Below, piece by piece: positions 12,544 through 26,265 of a stretch of DNA of 64,000 nucleotides (the stretch's first letter is position 1; each line of letters starts with the position of its first letter). The position numbers and the translations under genes were made by a program. The stretch lies in the NCBI RefSeq assembly GCF_030684315.1, contig NC_081361.1, positions 56,217,553-56,281,552 on the forward strand, in the 5' to 3' direction. The notes beneath the pieces are model-generated. The model saw nothing but the letters and a program-made list of their open reading frames with translations, did not search any database and had not been told where the DNA came from. This DNA is from Stegostoma tigrinum (Eukaryota).

Positions 12544-13661
12544 GATGGTGTTGTTTCAAAGATGGTGTTGTTTCAATGATAGGTGAGACAGGTAGTTGAT
12601 GGGTGTCAGCCATATGGCCGAAGCAGTGGCAACTGTGAAGCAACTTTCAATGCATGATATATGAAGGGTTTATTTTTGAGCAAACACTCCTATACTGGGA
12701 GGACAGATCATTGGCAGTCCAGATTCTGAGACTTATTCATTCAAATGAATCAAGATCAAGGATTGAAAACATGCTAAAGCTGAGGCTTCAAAGGCAGTTC
12801 AGTTAGACAATGTCAGTTAGACAGTAATAGTGTCACAGCAAATTTTTCAGTGGTGCATTGCATTGAACAAGCTGCAGGGACAAAATGACTACAGATCGGT
12901 CGAATTTTATCTTCTAATTTAGCAATCAGTGATTTTGTTGTTTTTCAGTTACAATGCATCCTTTCCATTAGCAGAGACTCTTACATCCTGAATCACTGTT
13001 AACCACTATCATTTTGAACTCTGTGGGTTCCCTTCTGCAATTTTCTTTACTGAAATCACGAAGACAGCGATACCTTGTCCCAGTGCCTATTCATCACATG
13101 TGACCTCATTGAATTTGAACAGGTTAACTGATCATTGGAAAACATCACAGACATGCCTGATTTTGCATGTTCCAACAGCAGTCACTGCATGATAATCAGA
13201 AATATTGAGATAACTTATTTTTGTTGAAGTCATAGTTGGTTCTTCTATCATTGCTAGACTTGAGAGGGAAGAAATCATAGAATAGAATCATCAAATAGTT
13301 GCAAGTAGGAGGCCATTAAGCCCATCATGCCTGTACTAGAATATTGGGCAGCATTCTCACTCCTGTTTGCTTTGCTTTCCTGTGGAAAGTATACTTGCAT
13401 GGCTGCTAGATAAAACCAGAAAGATGTTTTGGTTCTTTTCAACATTCCTAGTCTTTGCTAATGCATTAAGAATGGTCACATGAGGGTTGTCAGACTGAGT
13501 AAATAATACTCATTAGAGTTAGACAAACTAGATCTCAGTTCAAATTAATCCTTCCGGGGGAAGGGTCAAAACTGATTGGGGTGGTAAGGTATAAATAAAT
13601 CTAGTGATCACCATATCAGAGAAGTGTGGATTTTTACAAGAAATATGTCTACATTTATAAA

Positions 13662-13788
13662 TTTATTTCAGAATCCACTTCCCCTCCCCCATTTCTGAAG
13701 AAGGATCTCAACCCGAAACGTCAGCCTTCCTGTTCCTCTGATGCTGCTTGGCCTGCTGTGTTCATCCAGCTCTACACTTTGTTATCTG
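13662..13788 (+). mobile_element. Penelope 3' terminal repeat with hammerhead motif
   Basis: CTGAAGA-AGGATCTCAACCC-GAAACGTC at 13695-13722 followed by CTGATGCTGCTTGGCCTGCTGTGTTCATCCAGC. Confidence 0.8.
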
Positions 13789-15294
13789 TAGCACTTGGGA
13801 TTTCTGTTTCTGAGCTGGCAGGAATAGTTTTCTTGATGCATCATTTGAGATTACCAAGCAACTACCTAAAGGGAAACACCAGTACAAAAAAAAAGGTCGT
13901 ACTTGAATATGAACATACCGGTCATACTGGTCCTTCATTTTGATGTACAAGAGAGTTAGACCAGTATACCTCATTTCTTTCTATTCATTCACATATGTGG
14001 TGACCCTTACTAAACCAGCATTTCCTGTCTATCCCTAGTTGTCTTTGTGAAGATGGTGTTGAGCTATGTCTTGAACCACTGCATTTGGAGTGTAGATAAA
14101 CTCACATTGCGGTTAGGGAGAGATTTCTGGATTTTGACCCATTCAATTTAACTGGTTTTGAGGCAATGAACAAAAGAGGAACACAATGACATGGGATTAG
14201 TTATATTACTAGGTGACAAGAAGGGGAAGCAAATAAAAAAATACAGAAACTAGAGAGAACGATAAAAATAGAAAAAAGACATCAGTAATCTTTCCAATAG
14301 AAGGGAATGAAACATCACACGATATTCAAACTAATGTATCTTTCTTAATGGATGCTGTTATTTCCAGATTGATGGAGGAGCTTCTGCTCTGCAAAGTCAT
14401 AAAATCAATAAACCTAACAGTTTTTAGATTACAGCTGAAAACTAGATAATGATGATGATGATGTCAGGTTACTGTTGATTGTCAATTTTAATTTCTGCAA
14501 ATCAAAGAATTTTTTTTTTGCATTTAACTTTTATATTTTGTTGCAATCAAGTCTTTTGGCTATCACGAGTGTAATAATGTTGCATTACCACTGGGGGTCA
14601 GTAGTGCTTCAAGAACTGAATGTTTGCGCAGCTAGAGGCCTGACAAATTTACTGCATAACTGATGGTAGATTGTGATATAATTAGACATTGACAGATGGT
14701 ATACTTATAATACAACACTAAGAAATATTGCAAATTTCAGTAACTGAAACTGTTAAGCAATTGGCTTCTTTCTTTCAAAAATGAATTTATAGATTAAACT
14801 ATGATACTTAGGATGAGGGAATTCAGAATTCATTTATCAAAGATCAATCCAAATACAAATACTTTAAAAAGCATGGAATAGCTCTAGGGGTTTAAAGTAA
14901 GAACAGAGTACTAATCAGTAATAACCAATGCAAATGCAAGATTTTTTTAACTTACTGTGAGGACTTTGCAACCAGTGTTGAATAAGATTATCTAAACTGT
15001 GGAAAATAACCACATTTTCAGATGTGATTTATGTCCACCAAAGAAACAAGATTGAAGGACATTCTCTGCTGCAATGGTAAAACATACTGTTGCAAGGGTA
15101 ATTTGAATATCTGGACCCTTGGTATTCGAAAATACTACTATAGGAAGTGGAAACCTGAAAATGCAGGTCTCTAAAAGACTAAAAACACTGTACAAAAATA
15201 AGAATTAGTTTCATTTTTGTTTTTTCTTGGACAGAGGGAAAGAGATAGGGAGAATATTAAAGTGTTGTGTGGGAAGTACACTCCTACAATGTCA

Positions 15295-15520
15295 GAGATA
15301 ATGGGAACTGCAGATGCTGGAGAATCCAAGGTAACAAAGTGTGAAGCTGGATGAACACAGCAAGCCAAGCAGCATCTCAGGAGCACAAAAGCTGACGTTT
15401 GGGGCCTAGACCCTTCATCAGAGAGCTCTCTGATGAAGGGTCTAGGCCACAAACGTCAGATTTTGTGCTCCTGAGATGCTGCTTGGCCTGCTGTGTTCAT
15501 CCAGTTCACACTTCGTTATC
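15295..15520. mobile_element. Penelope-derived fold-back element with 14-bp TSD
   Basis: Loopless palindrome centred at 15425/15426 (TCATCAGAGAG|CTCTCTGATGA); TSD CTCCT[A/C]CAATGTCA at 15281-15294 and 15520-15533. Confidence 0.9.
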
Positions 15521-18084
15521 TCCTCCAATGTCATTTCCTTTTTCATTTAAGCATTTTTAAGGCTACCTATGCTGAATTATTTAGTCAAAAGTCTATCAGT
15601 CTGATCATCGAAACAAGTTAATTTGCAGCAGTGACAGTTGTTGGAACATGGAACAAATTCCACATAAATATCTTAGGTTTCAGATGTCAACCTCCTAGCT
15701 GCGACATGGTATTAAGATGACTATAAAAGTTGTGTATGCATGCTGGTATCCAACTTTAGATCTGAATGGCTGTGACAATTGGTAAACTCGTCCTTGTTTA
15801 CATCGATCTCAGGCATATCACATTTCACAAACATCTTTGGTCCTCAAGTCCACCCATTGACTCTCACAGCAAGGGCTTCTGACAATTCAGGTGAATCAAA
15901 AAATCAGAACAGAGACTTCATTTACCTCCTGTCAATGCGGGCTCCTTCCAATTGGTGCTTTTACCTAGATGTCCATTGTTTAGAGGTAGCGAACACTAAA
16001 CAAAGAAAGCGCCATTGGTTGCTGAACCAGAATTATTGGATTAAATGTTAGGCCATGAGAAGCACTGGCAATCCAACAAGTTTTTGTTTACCTTTTCCTG
16101 TTCCAGCAGCCACCACATGAGGGAGCTGTGTCTCCATTTTACAGCCTCCAGATGTGTCTATACCCCTAATATTTAAAAGGAAGCATTAAATATCTAAATA
16201 AACTGAATTAAAAGTTCAAACAGACTAAATCACTAAACGTTTCTACGATCTTGTATTTTTGTACTAATATCTGGAATTGGATTAATAATAGTTTACAACT
16301 TTTCATCAATACTTTTAATATCAGAGAATTATCATTTTGAGATAAGGGTAAAGGAGCTTACAAATCACTTCTGATGATATTAATGTCCAAACACATTTGT
16401 GTGATATTCCTCAGTGCCAGTTTATTGCAGGAGTTCACCAATTATTTCAAGTGGGAGGAATGCCACCTCTAAAAACAAGGTACTGCGGAATGTCAGAGTG
16501 CCATAATAAACACTTGTTCGCTAATACCATCAACAGGGATTTCAGCCAGAATTGCCATCAATAAATTATTTTTAGTTTTACAAGGCATGCTTACTCTCTC
16601 AGTATTTCAGTAGTTAAATACATTGGCTGTTATGTTGAGCAAAGCAGACCACACCTGCCCCAGGTTTGAATGCTGGCCTGAGCTGTTCTTAGCCAACATG
16701 TGGATGTGTTGGTATTGGACTGTTCTCAGCCAAGACAGCTTTTAGTTTGTGTGCATCTGCGTTAGTGGAAGGAATAGTAATCACCCAGGGTTTCTATACG
16801 AGACCATTTTTCAATCTGGAAAATGTCTGTATATATCTGAAGCAGCAGCTGCTAATGTTACATTTCTCCCAGTTTTGATGTACTGAAGTCAGTAAAATTC
16901 CGAGAGAGTTAAAATTGGCAGCTGACCCATTTTACAGTATTGCAAAGAAGCAAATGAACTGTGCCTATGGATATCTGGTGGGGACAGAATCCTGCTTAGT
17001 TGTGGTAACTCTTGATCTGTTAAAGAATAACCTCTTGGTAAAAGGACTCAAAGTTAACCATGAAAATATAGCCCAGTTTGTGTGAGTGCCTTCAGGAGAG
17101 AAATATAGAAAGTTGCAAAATAAGAGGAGGAAGATGGGGATCTTGCTCTTTTAAAAAACTCACAAACACATAACTGTTTAGTCATTATTTTCACCATTTT
17201 CTGAAAAGAAATCTACTGTCTTAAGAAATAAATAGAAAAGGAATATTTTTTTTTATTTGGAGTGGACTCTCTTCCTCATCCCTGTATAGCTAGAACACTG
17301 GGAGCTAATTATTTCCACAGTGTTGTTTAAGGTTTCTACTGGAGAGTTTGTCAAGCACCTCCTTCTTGAGAAAGCAGGCATTGTTTGTTTAAACTGCAAT
17401 AACTTGATGAATTAAACAACGAAGGTTGTTTTTCTTTGTGTTCTTCATTTGTACAGATAAAACTAAAGTGATATCTTTAATAAGTTCAGATATTCTGTTA
17501 TATTCAATTATCATGGTAAAAGTTATGAACAATGATAATAAGTGGGTTATGATATCCCACAGACAATGCCAGCCTCGGACACCCAGCCTGATTACTCAAA
17601 TTTCATTTGACCTTTTATAGCCTTGTTGTAATAAACCCAGCTCTTCAACTCAATTGTTAGCAATTTACAGTGAGCCTTGGAAGAATACTTTTAAAAATCT
17701 AACTTTGAATCTTGGGAGAATTCCAGTAAACAAGCCATTCACATCAAACAAGTGTTTTTTTCTCTGGCCACGTAATATTCTCATCATATTGAAAAGATCA
17801 GTGTTGAGGTTAAAACATTAGCATAGAGCTAATGATTCACTTAATTATCAATACTCTCACATAATTGCTATCATTGTCTCCTGAAAGAGACAAAGGAGGA
17901 AGCATCTCTCAGTTTGTTGGAGTTGAGAAATGTAACTGCACCCTGTGACTGAAATACATTTGCCAAGAACCCCAGGTACCATTCAGATTTGGTGCTTTTA
18001 CTGTTGCACTGTACATGGACCACAGAACAACTCAGAATCTTTTCTTCTCTGCCATTGACAACGACCTTCATATTTATTTTAAAC

Positions 18085-18181
18085 AAAACCAGAAATTGCT
18101 GGAGAAATTTGGCAGGTCTGGCAGCATCTGAGAAGAGAAATCAGAGCTCACGTTTCAGCACCTGTGACTCTTCTTCAGAAC
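18085..18181 (-). mobile_element. Penelope terminal-repeat fragment with decayed hammerhead motif
   Basis: Minus strand reads CTGAAGAAGAGTCACAGGTGCTGAAACGTG. Confidence 0.55.
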
Positions 18182-18429
18182 ATTTATTTTAAATTAACCT
18201 GTACAGACCTATTATGACCTACTTTGCCAGGTGGGACTTGAACCCAAACATTCCATTCCAACATACCACTATGCCACGTAGTCCTTAGCCCAAGTCATAT
18301 GCTGTCCTCAGTTGGCCATACATGTTTTTAAAACAATATGCAATGTTCCTCTCAGCAGGTATGAGTTCAATGGCTCGTAAAATTTTCATGTCCAGACCTT
18401 ATTAGAAACAGACAGCAAGCTTCCCACAG

Positions 18430-19984
18430 CAGTGAGTTTGTGTGTGTCAGCAAGAGAGAGAGTCGGGTGTGTGAGATATGAGTATGAGTGTGTCTCAGAG
18501 GTGGTTGTATGTGTGAAAGAGATGTTTGTGTGTGTGGGGTAGACACGTGAGCGTGTATGTGTAAGAGAGGGAAAGAGATGGGTGAGCATGTATGTTAGTG
18601 TGTAAGAGAGAAGGGTGTGCATGTATATGGGCATGTGTGTGTGCGCGTGTGTGAGAGAGATAGAGACGGGTCTGCGTGTATGCGGGTATAGGTGTGTGTG
18701 TGTGAGAGAGAGAGAGATGGGTGTGGGTGTGTGTATGTGCGAGAGAGNNNNNNNNNNNNNNNNNNNNNNNNNNNNNNNNNNNNNNNNNNNNNNNNNNNNN
18801 NNNNNNNNNNNNNNNNNNNNNNNNNNNNNNNNNNNNNNNNNNNNNNNNNNNNNNNNNNNNNNNNNNNNNNNNNNNNNNNNNNNNNNNNNNNNNNNNNNNN
18901 NNNNNNNNNGTGTATGTGGCTGTGTGTGAGAGAGAGACGGGTGTGTGTGTATGTGTGTGAGAGAGACGGGTGTGGGTGTGTGTATGTGTGTGTGAGAGAG
19001 AGACGGGTGAGGGTGTGTGAGAGAGTGATGGATGTATGTGTGTGTGAGAGACGATTGTGGGTATGTGTGTGTGAGAGAGAAAGAGAAACAGGTGTGCATG
19101 TGTGTATATGAAAGAGGTGGGTGTGTGTATGTGACAGAGACCGGTGTGGGTGTGTGTGTGTATGTGAGAGAGAGAGAGAGACGGGTGTGCATGTGTGTGT
19201 GTGAGAGAGAGAGACGGGTGTGCACGTGTGTGTGAGAGAGAGACGGGTGTGGGTGTGTGTGAGAGAGAGAGACGGGTATGGTTGTGTGTGTGTGTGTGAG
19301 AGAGAGAGACGGGTATGGTTGTGTGTATGTGCGAGAGAGAGAGAGACGGGTTTGGGTGTGTGTATGTGTGTGTGAGAGAGACAGGTGTGGCTGTGTGTAT
19401 GTGTGTGAGAGAGAGACGGGTGTGGGTGTGTGTATGTGGCTGTGTGTGTGAGAGAGACGGGTGTGTGTGTATGTGTGTGAGAGAGAGACAGGTGTGGGTG
19501 TGTGTGTGTGTGAGAGAGAGACGGGTGTGGGTGTGTGTGTGTGANNNNNNNNNNNNNNNNNNNNNNNNNNNNNNNNNNNNNNNNNNNNNNNNNNNNNNNN
19601 NNNNNNNNNNNNNNNNNNNNNNNNNNNNNNNNNNNNNNNNNNNNNNNNNNNNNNNNNNNNNNNNNNNNNNNNNNNNNNNNNNNNNNNNNNNNNNNNNGTA
19701 TGTGACAGACAGAGACCGGTGTGGGTGTGTGTGTGTATGTGAGAGAGAGAGAGAGAGCCGGGTGTGTATGTGCGAGAGGGAGAGAGACGGGTTTGGGTGT
19801 GTGAGAGACGGGTGTGGGTGTATGTATGTGTGTGTGTGAGAGAGACGGGTGTGTGCATGTGAAAGAGATGGGTGTGGGTGTGTGTATGAGTGTGTGAAAG
19901 AGATGGGTGTGGGTGTGTGTATGTGTGTGTGAGAGAGACGGGTGTGGGTGTGTGTATGTGGCTGTGTGTGAGGGGTGACCGTGC

Positions 19985-20020
<36 letters not shown>

Positions 20021-20110
20021 CGGGTGTGGGTGTGTATATGCGTGAGAGAGAGACGGGTGTGTGTATGTGGCTGTGTGTGTGAGAGAGAGAGGTGGCTGTG
20101 TGTGTGAGGG
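18430..20110. repeat. Compound (GT)n/(GA)n micro/minisatellite with recurring GAGAGACGGGTGTGGGTGTG unit; contains two N gaps
   Basis: Seen directly; gaps at 18748-18909 and 19545-19697. Confidence 0.95.
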
Positions 20111-20420
20111 GTAGTTGAGAAACGGGGAACCGAAAATCCGACCGCTCCCTCAGCGCATAACCGAGCCAGCCGTTGCCGGTAAATGAGGCGGGTTGCGCTG
20201 GGGGATATTTGACTTAGATACCCAAAGGATAGCAGTGGGCTGCGGTTTATTTTTGAGACTCTGAGGAACATTCTTACTCTTCCGGGCGCCGCAAAACAGA
20301 ACGAAGAAAGTTCCACTTATTGGAAGCACTCGGTGCGAATGCAAGTGACCAAACTCTGCCGTAAATTGCAAAACGTGTCCTCCCATTGTCACTGCTCCTT
20401 CATTGGCACGGAAGCGTTTC
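20110..20420. promoter_or_regulatory. Small CpG-rich island, candidate promoter/enhancer
   Basis: Local CpG enrichment, GGCGGG box, GAAAGTTCC kB-like site, ATTGG (CCAAT on minus strand) motifs. Confidence 0.35.
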
Positions 20421-21249
20421 CTAGATGTTTCATATTCTGGACTTGCTGTTCTGTGTTCTCAGAGAAAACCTTTACCAACATCATGAAGTAATCATCAATA
20501 TTCTCATCTCCTGATTTTGTTGATTATTTGTGAGCAGGTATAGTGACTCCTCTGTTCCTCATCCAATCACCCGATTTTATTAGGTCCTCACTGAAACATG
20601 TTTGTGTGGTATATCTCCGTGATAAGTATGGGACCAGTACGTGCTTTTGCTGCTTATTTTCACATACTTACTGCTACAATTTACCCAAACAAAACACGCT
20701 AGTGATTTTATTGTTAACGGAGACAGTTCTCTCCTCCCCAAAAGCACCTTAATTGATTCATTCATACTGCAAACCAGTACTCAAAGTGGAAACGGTGCAG
20801 CTAATGGACTGGATACAAAGTGTGCTGAGACGATCTATTTGCTGATAGCTGTATCTAAACTGCAGGGAGAAAGTTGCTGGGAGTGCACTGTGTTTGCTGG
20901 GAGAGAGGAATCTATAATCTGGTAGCGTTAAACACACTCGATGTTTGGAAAATAAAGCTTTCCCCACTTCAACGTGATTTGTGCGATCATTTTAGTCCTG
21001 ATGCAGGCAATGGTTTTGAGTCACAACATGTATCCTATCCGCCTCAGTCCAACGTCAGCTGTTAAATTTCACGTTTTACGTGAAGGCGGTTCATCGTAAC
21101 TCCATCCCACTTTTCTTTTGAAATGCGCAGTTAGGGGAATACAGAACTGATTACAGACGCGACATTTACTTAATTCGATATCACTCAAAAAGATACATTC
21201 AACCTCACCACCACTCCCTCCCGCGTCACATACTGATGCCAATGCAACG

Positions 21250-21570
21250 CCCCAAGCCCCAGCCTAATCCCCAGCTCAAACCTCACCAGCTCTAGAGGCA
21301 GCTCGTCTGAACTTTCAGAACTCCAGCCTCCATTCAAGTTCCAGCGCCAGTCCCATCCTCTGTTGTGTCTTCAACACCAGCTTAATCCAGCTCAGTTTGA
21401 ATTTTAAATAAATCCCAGTTCCAGTTTTAGGCCCCAGCTCATGCCCAACTCAAACTCCACTCCCTATCCCATTCCCAACTTCAGTTCTAACCCAGTTCAG
21501 TCTGAACCCCAACATTTCTGACTCCAGTCGAGCTCTCATGTAGTAGTCACTCATGTTCAGCTCCAAGCTG
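21250..21570. repeat. Degenerate hexamer-like repeat (CCAGCT/CCAGTC/CCAACT)
   Basis: Repeated CCAGYY-like words seen directly. Confidence 0.6.
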
Positions 21571-21789
21571 GAGCTCACATGGATGTCAGACAAAATGCAG
21601 TCCAAAATGGCATCAACAGTAGACCAGGCACAGGAAAACTGTGCAGCTTACTGGTTGCTAAAACAGAAGAAAGTTGCAGCAGCAAAGTTCATCATGGTTC
21701 AACGTACCAACAAAATTCAGTCACCAACCAATGAAGGTTATACAGACAAAGACAATGATGATCCAAAGACTCCACACAAAACAAAGTCA

Positions 21790-22050
21790 CACACAGGCTT
21801 CTCCTGAGGTCTGAATGGTGAGAACATTAAGTGACATCAAACTTTCAGTCGCAATATTTTAGTAATAGAGCAGCAACAGAAGAGAATAGGAAGCAAATTT
21901 AGCATTCCAGATCCCGCCACCTTGTGAGACATCCAGCACCATTAATCCATGAGTGAAAATTAGCCTGTTTAGCCATATGAAGACCCATGTCAGATTGCAT
22001 AAACCTGAGTAGACATCATCCTTGAATTGAGGAATAGCTATGAAGGACTA
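21790..22050 (+). mobile_element. RTE-clade LINE 3' remnant
   Basis: ..LFSHMKT-like end and 3' tail TGAGTAGACATCATCCTTGAATTGAGGAA, similar to ~30905-30985. Confidence 0.55.
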
Positions 22051-22370
22051 TATCCTAGCTCATTCCTATTGCCAACTTCACCCACCTGTAAGCATGACCA
22101 GTATCAACCTCCATTATGTTCAAACAGAAACCCAAGGATTTGGGCACAGGCTGTCAGGACATCTATATCTTGTTGGCACATTCAGCTGCCAGTCTTCAAC
22201 ATTTATCCATTACACTAAAAAATGTAAAATAAAATCACATAAAAAGAGCATCTAACAAGCCACTCCTAATGGGTCTATCAATCAATAATTGTTAAAATAT
22301 TGGACACTACGTGAGGAAAATGCACCCGACAATCACCCATTTTTCCAAAACAACACCAGTGTTAAAACAG

Positions 22371-22992
22371 AGATCGTAAGAATTGTAGATGCTGGATTCA
22401 GAGGCAACACAGTGTGGAGCTGGAGGAACACAGCAGGCCAAGCAGCATCAGAGGAGCAGGAAAGTTGACATTTTGGATCAGGACCCTTCTTCAGAAATGG
22501 GGAGGGGGAAGGGAGCTCAGAAATAAGTAGAGAGAGAAAGGATGGAGCTATGGAAGGTGGGTGTGATGGTGATAGGTGAGTGCAGGTAGGCAATGGTGGG
22601 GATTGGTTAGTGTAATGGGAAGAGCTGATAGGTGGGAGAGAAGTTGGACAAGTTGTATCAGGTGAAAGAGGCAGGGATTGAGAGGGAGGCTTGGGCATGG
22701 GATGAGGCTGGAGTTAGGGAAATTTTGAAACTGGTAAAATCCACTTTAGGCCATTGGGCTGTAGGCAAAATATGAGCAGCTGCTCCTCCAGTTTGTGTGT
22801 GGTGACATTGTGGCACTGGGGGAGCCCAGGATGGGCATGCCACCCAGGGAGTGGGAGTGGATGGTTTGCGACCAGAAGGTGTTGTCATTTGTTGCAAACA
22901 GAGCACAGATGTTCTACAAAGTGATCTATGAGCCTCTGCTTGGTCTCACCGATGCTGAGGAAGCCACATCAGGATCAGTGGATTCAGTAGAC
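22371..22992 (-). mobile_element. 5'-truncated Penelope-like element with 17-bp TSD
   Basis: Similar to 2250-2846 on the reverse strand; TSD CAC[C/T]AGTGTTAAAACAG at 22354-22370 and 22993-23009; decayed hammerhead CTGAAGAAGGGTCCTGATCCAAAATGTC. Confidence 0.85.
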
Positions 22993-23469
22993 CACTAGTG
23001 TTAAAACAGTTGAATTTTCTGCTGTGATCTATTAAACTCCACTGCTTCAGAAGTTTCTGGATGACATCTTGTCTTAGTGGCAATTAGTTGTTAATTGTAG
23101 TGCAGGCATAAATGTCCAGAGTTTAGTTGTCTCAAAGATTGAATTCCCTATTCATCAGCTTTTCAGGAAACTGTCAGAAGTGGCATAAAATATGGAGGAC
23201 ATTTTTCAGTTTGTAATTTTATGTAAGGTTGCCAACTTTGATTGGAGATATTCTTGGAGATTTATTCACAAGGCATTTCACCAAGTGACATTTAATCATT
23301 TGACATCAATCTTGTGACATCTGAGCACTTCGGCTGGATCAAATGGCACTTGCCACTGTTATGTGTTTATCTTACTATGGTTATGTCCCCTGTAGCTAAG
23401 CATTTTTGCACGAGCAACTATTGTGCAAAATCTTCCAAGACAAGTTCCAAGGAGAAAGAATGTCATTCA

Positions 23470-23930
23470 CTTACATAGCATTTTTCACAAATTTGGGATG
23501 TCTTAACACCTGTAAAGTCTGCATTAAACATAAACAAGTACATTAGAATTATATTTACTGCCATAATGTCAGAAATGCAGCAGCTGATTTGCGGTCACTG
23601 AGCTCTTACAAATAACCATTAAATAAATGAGTGAAATATTTATCTCAGATATTGGTTGAGGATAAATTCTGGTCAGGACACTGGGATAATTTTGGCATCT
23701 GTTTGAATACTTATATTTTAGATTGTTTTATGCAATGAATTACGTGCACCTGAGCAGCAGGCAGGACCTCTTTAATGTCTCTCCCAAAAGATGCCACATC
23801 TGACTGTACAGCACTCCCTCAGTGCTGCATTGAAATATCAGCCTACATTACACATTCAATAGCAGCCAGAGTTTGTCTTCAGCCCACAGCTTTCTGATGT
23901 CGAGGCAAAGACACTATCAGTAAACCAAGA
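23470..23930 (-). mobile_element. DeuSINE (SacSINE1/AmnSINE-like)
   Basis: Reverse complement resembles the Deu domain (GTGTCCTGACCAGAATTTATCCCTCAACCAATATC). Confidence 0.65.
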
Positions 23931-24424
23931 AAATCACCCATAAAACTGACAATGAAGATAAACAGTGGTAAATCTAAGGTTTAAAGTGCAAATTGGATGT
24001 GTAAAACCTCCTCCATTAGGTTGCACTTAGCATTGACTGGAAGATTCATGCCCTGAACCAGGAGACACCCACACAAATTGGGAACATCAGCAATCCTATC
24101 AGAAGCAGAAAACATATCAAATGATCAAATCAAAGAGACTCCTGAACAAAAGTGTTGGGTTCCCTGGTCTGATCTGATGAGTAGTTGTTGAATCCTAACA
24201 GTGACAACTGCTTTAATAACATATGTGAGCACATACCTCCCTTTCACAACTATATGACCCTATAACAGCTGCTCAGATTTGAACTCCATGTGAACGGCAT
24301 ACCGGTGACTTCAGTACAGTAAAACACTTACCACCTGTCTGTTTTTGAGCTCATACCACACATTTATTCTCTTTACAATTCAATTATATATTTTATTAGC
24401 ATCGCTCATACCTGAGTGCTCTGG

Positions 24425-25406
24425 CAGTGTCTCAATTGTGGTGTGTTGTAAGGATCAGCACTGGGTTAACTGCTCTTTGTCATTTATTTAAATGATTTGG
24501 ATCTGAATATAGGAGGAATGATTAATAACTTTGCAGTTGACACCAAAATTGGTGGTATAGTGGACGGTGAAGAACGTTATCTCAGACTACAACAGGACAT
24601 TGATCAGATGGGCTGATGGGGTGACAAGTAGCAAATGGAGCTTAATTTAGTTAAATATAGGGTTTTGCATTTTGACAGGACTTATACAGTTAATGGTAGG
24701 ATCCTGGGGATTGTTGCTAAACAAAGAGACCTAGAGGTACAGGAGCATAGTTACTTCAAAGTGGAGTTGCAGGAAGAAGAAGGTGTTTGGTACACTTGCC
24801 TTTATCTGTCAGTGCATTGAGTATAGGTATTGGGATGTCATGTTGCAGCTGTGCAGGACATTGATTAGGCCACTTTTGGAATACTGTGTTCAATTCTGGT
24901 CTCCCTGCCAAAGGAAAAAATGTTAAATTTGAAAGGGTGCAGAGAAGATTTACAAGGATGTTGCTGGGGTCGGTGGTTTTGAGCTATAGGGAGAGGCTGA
25001 ATAGGCTCGGGCTATTTTCCCTGGAGCATCCTTGAGGGGTGCTTATAGAGATTTGCAAAATCATGAGGAGCATGGATATCAAGGCCTTTTTCCCAGAATA
25101 GGGGAGTTCAAAACTAGAGGGCATAGTTTTAAGGTGAGGGGGAAAGATATAAAAGGGACCCAGAGGCAAATTGTTTACACAGAGGGTTGTGCATGTGTGG
25201 AATGAGAGGAAGTGGTGGAGGCTGGTATGATTACAACATTTAAAGGCATCTTTTAAATGGGTATATGAATAGGAAAGATTTAGAGTGATAAGGGCCAAAT
25301 GCTCGAAAATGGAACTAGATTAGTTTAGGATGTCAGGTCGGCATGGATGAGTTGGATTGAAGGGTCTCTTTCCATGTGTACAGCACTATGACTCTGTGAC
25401 TCTATG
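24425..25406 (+). mobile_element. CR1 LINE 3' fragment
   Basis: Decayed FAxDTK RT motif (FAVDTK), RPLLEYCVQFWSP, ERVQRRFTRM; short tandem tail. Confidence 0.9.
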
Positions 25407-26265
25407 TTAGTATGTAGATAAAGCCTTGAAATGGCTAACAAATCCTTGAGTTTTATAAATAGAGAAAAAAATCAATCCATACTAAACGTTAGGGCAGAGT
25501 TACAGTACCAGGTGGAGTTGCCCAGTCCAATGTAGAAAGACTATAAAGCCAGAGAAAACATGGATTCATCATGATGATGCCAGTGATTGTGAAATTATGA
25601 GAAGAAATGTGGTTTTTTTATGATTTCCATGGGACAAAGAATTGAAAGAATAATTATGGGAAGATTTTACAATTTCTTTGGGAATTCAGTAATACAAGAT
25701 CATCAATTAAAATAATTACCAATAGAGTGAGAAATCTATTTATGCAAAAGTTTGTTGAAACTTAGCCTGTTTTTCTACAGGAAGTGCCTAAGACAGGACA
25801 TCTTTATGGAAAACTGAAGAAGGAAATGAAGTTAAAGCATATGGTCAAAAAAATAGGCAGTAATATAACGTTTGAATTGGTTTAACAGAAGACCAACACA
25901 GATATAATGGTCTCCTTCTCTGTTCCATACTTAGCACACAGCAATATAGACCCTGTAATTTTTCTGATCCATATAGTTAACTAACACCATATGGCTTTGC
26001 TATATCTATTAAATTATGAAGTTGAAATATGTATTCAGTGTTTGGCATTATAATTGACTTAAAACCAGCAACTGAGATATAATTTCTATGAGACTTCATA
26101 TTTCAGTTTGAAGGAGGTAACTGTAATGTATTGATACTACAGACCAGCTTCCTGACAGAGAAATTCGCACTGAGAGGACCCAGTTTCTGATAATTGATAA
26201 TATAACTAGATAATGGGGCAGCTGCTCTGTTAAGCTACTACTTAGTATGCCTATGCTATTGATTT

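Noticed and set aside
12543-12576. 17-bp tandem duplication AGATGGTGTTGTTTCAA x2
   Set aside because: Simple local slippage beside a SINE; no evidence of function.
18386-20316. Long His/Thr/Ser-rich ORFs (490 and 573 aa)
   Set aside because: Translations of a GT/GA microsatellite spanning N gaps; not coding.
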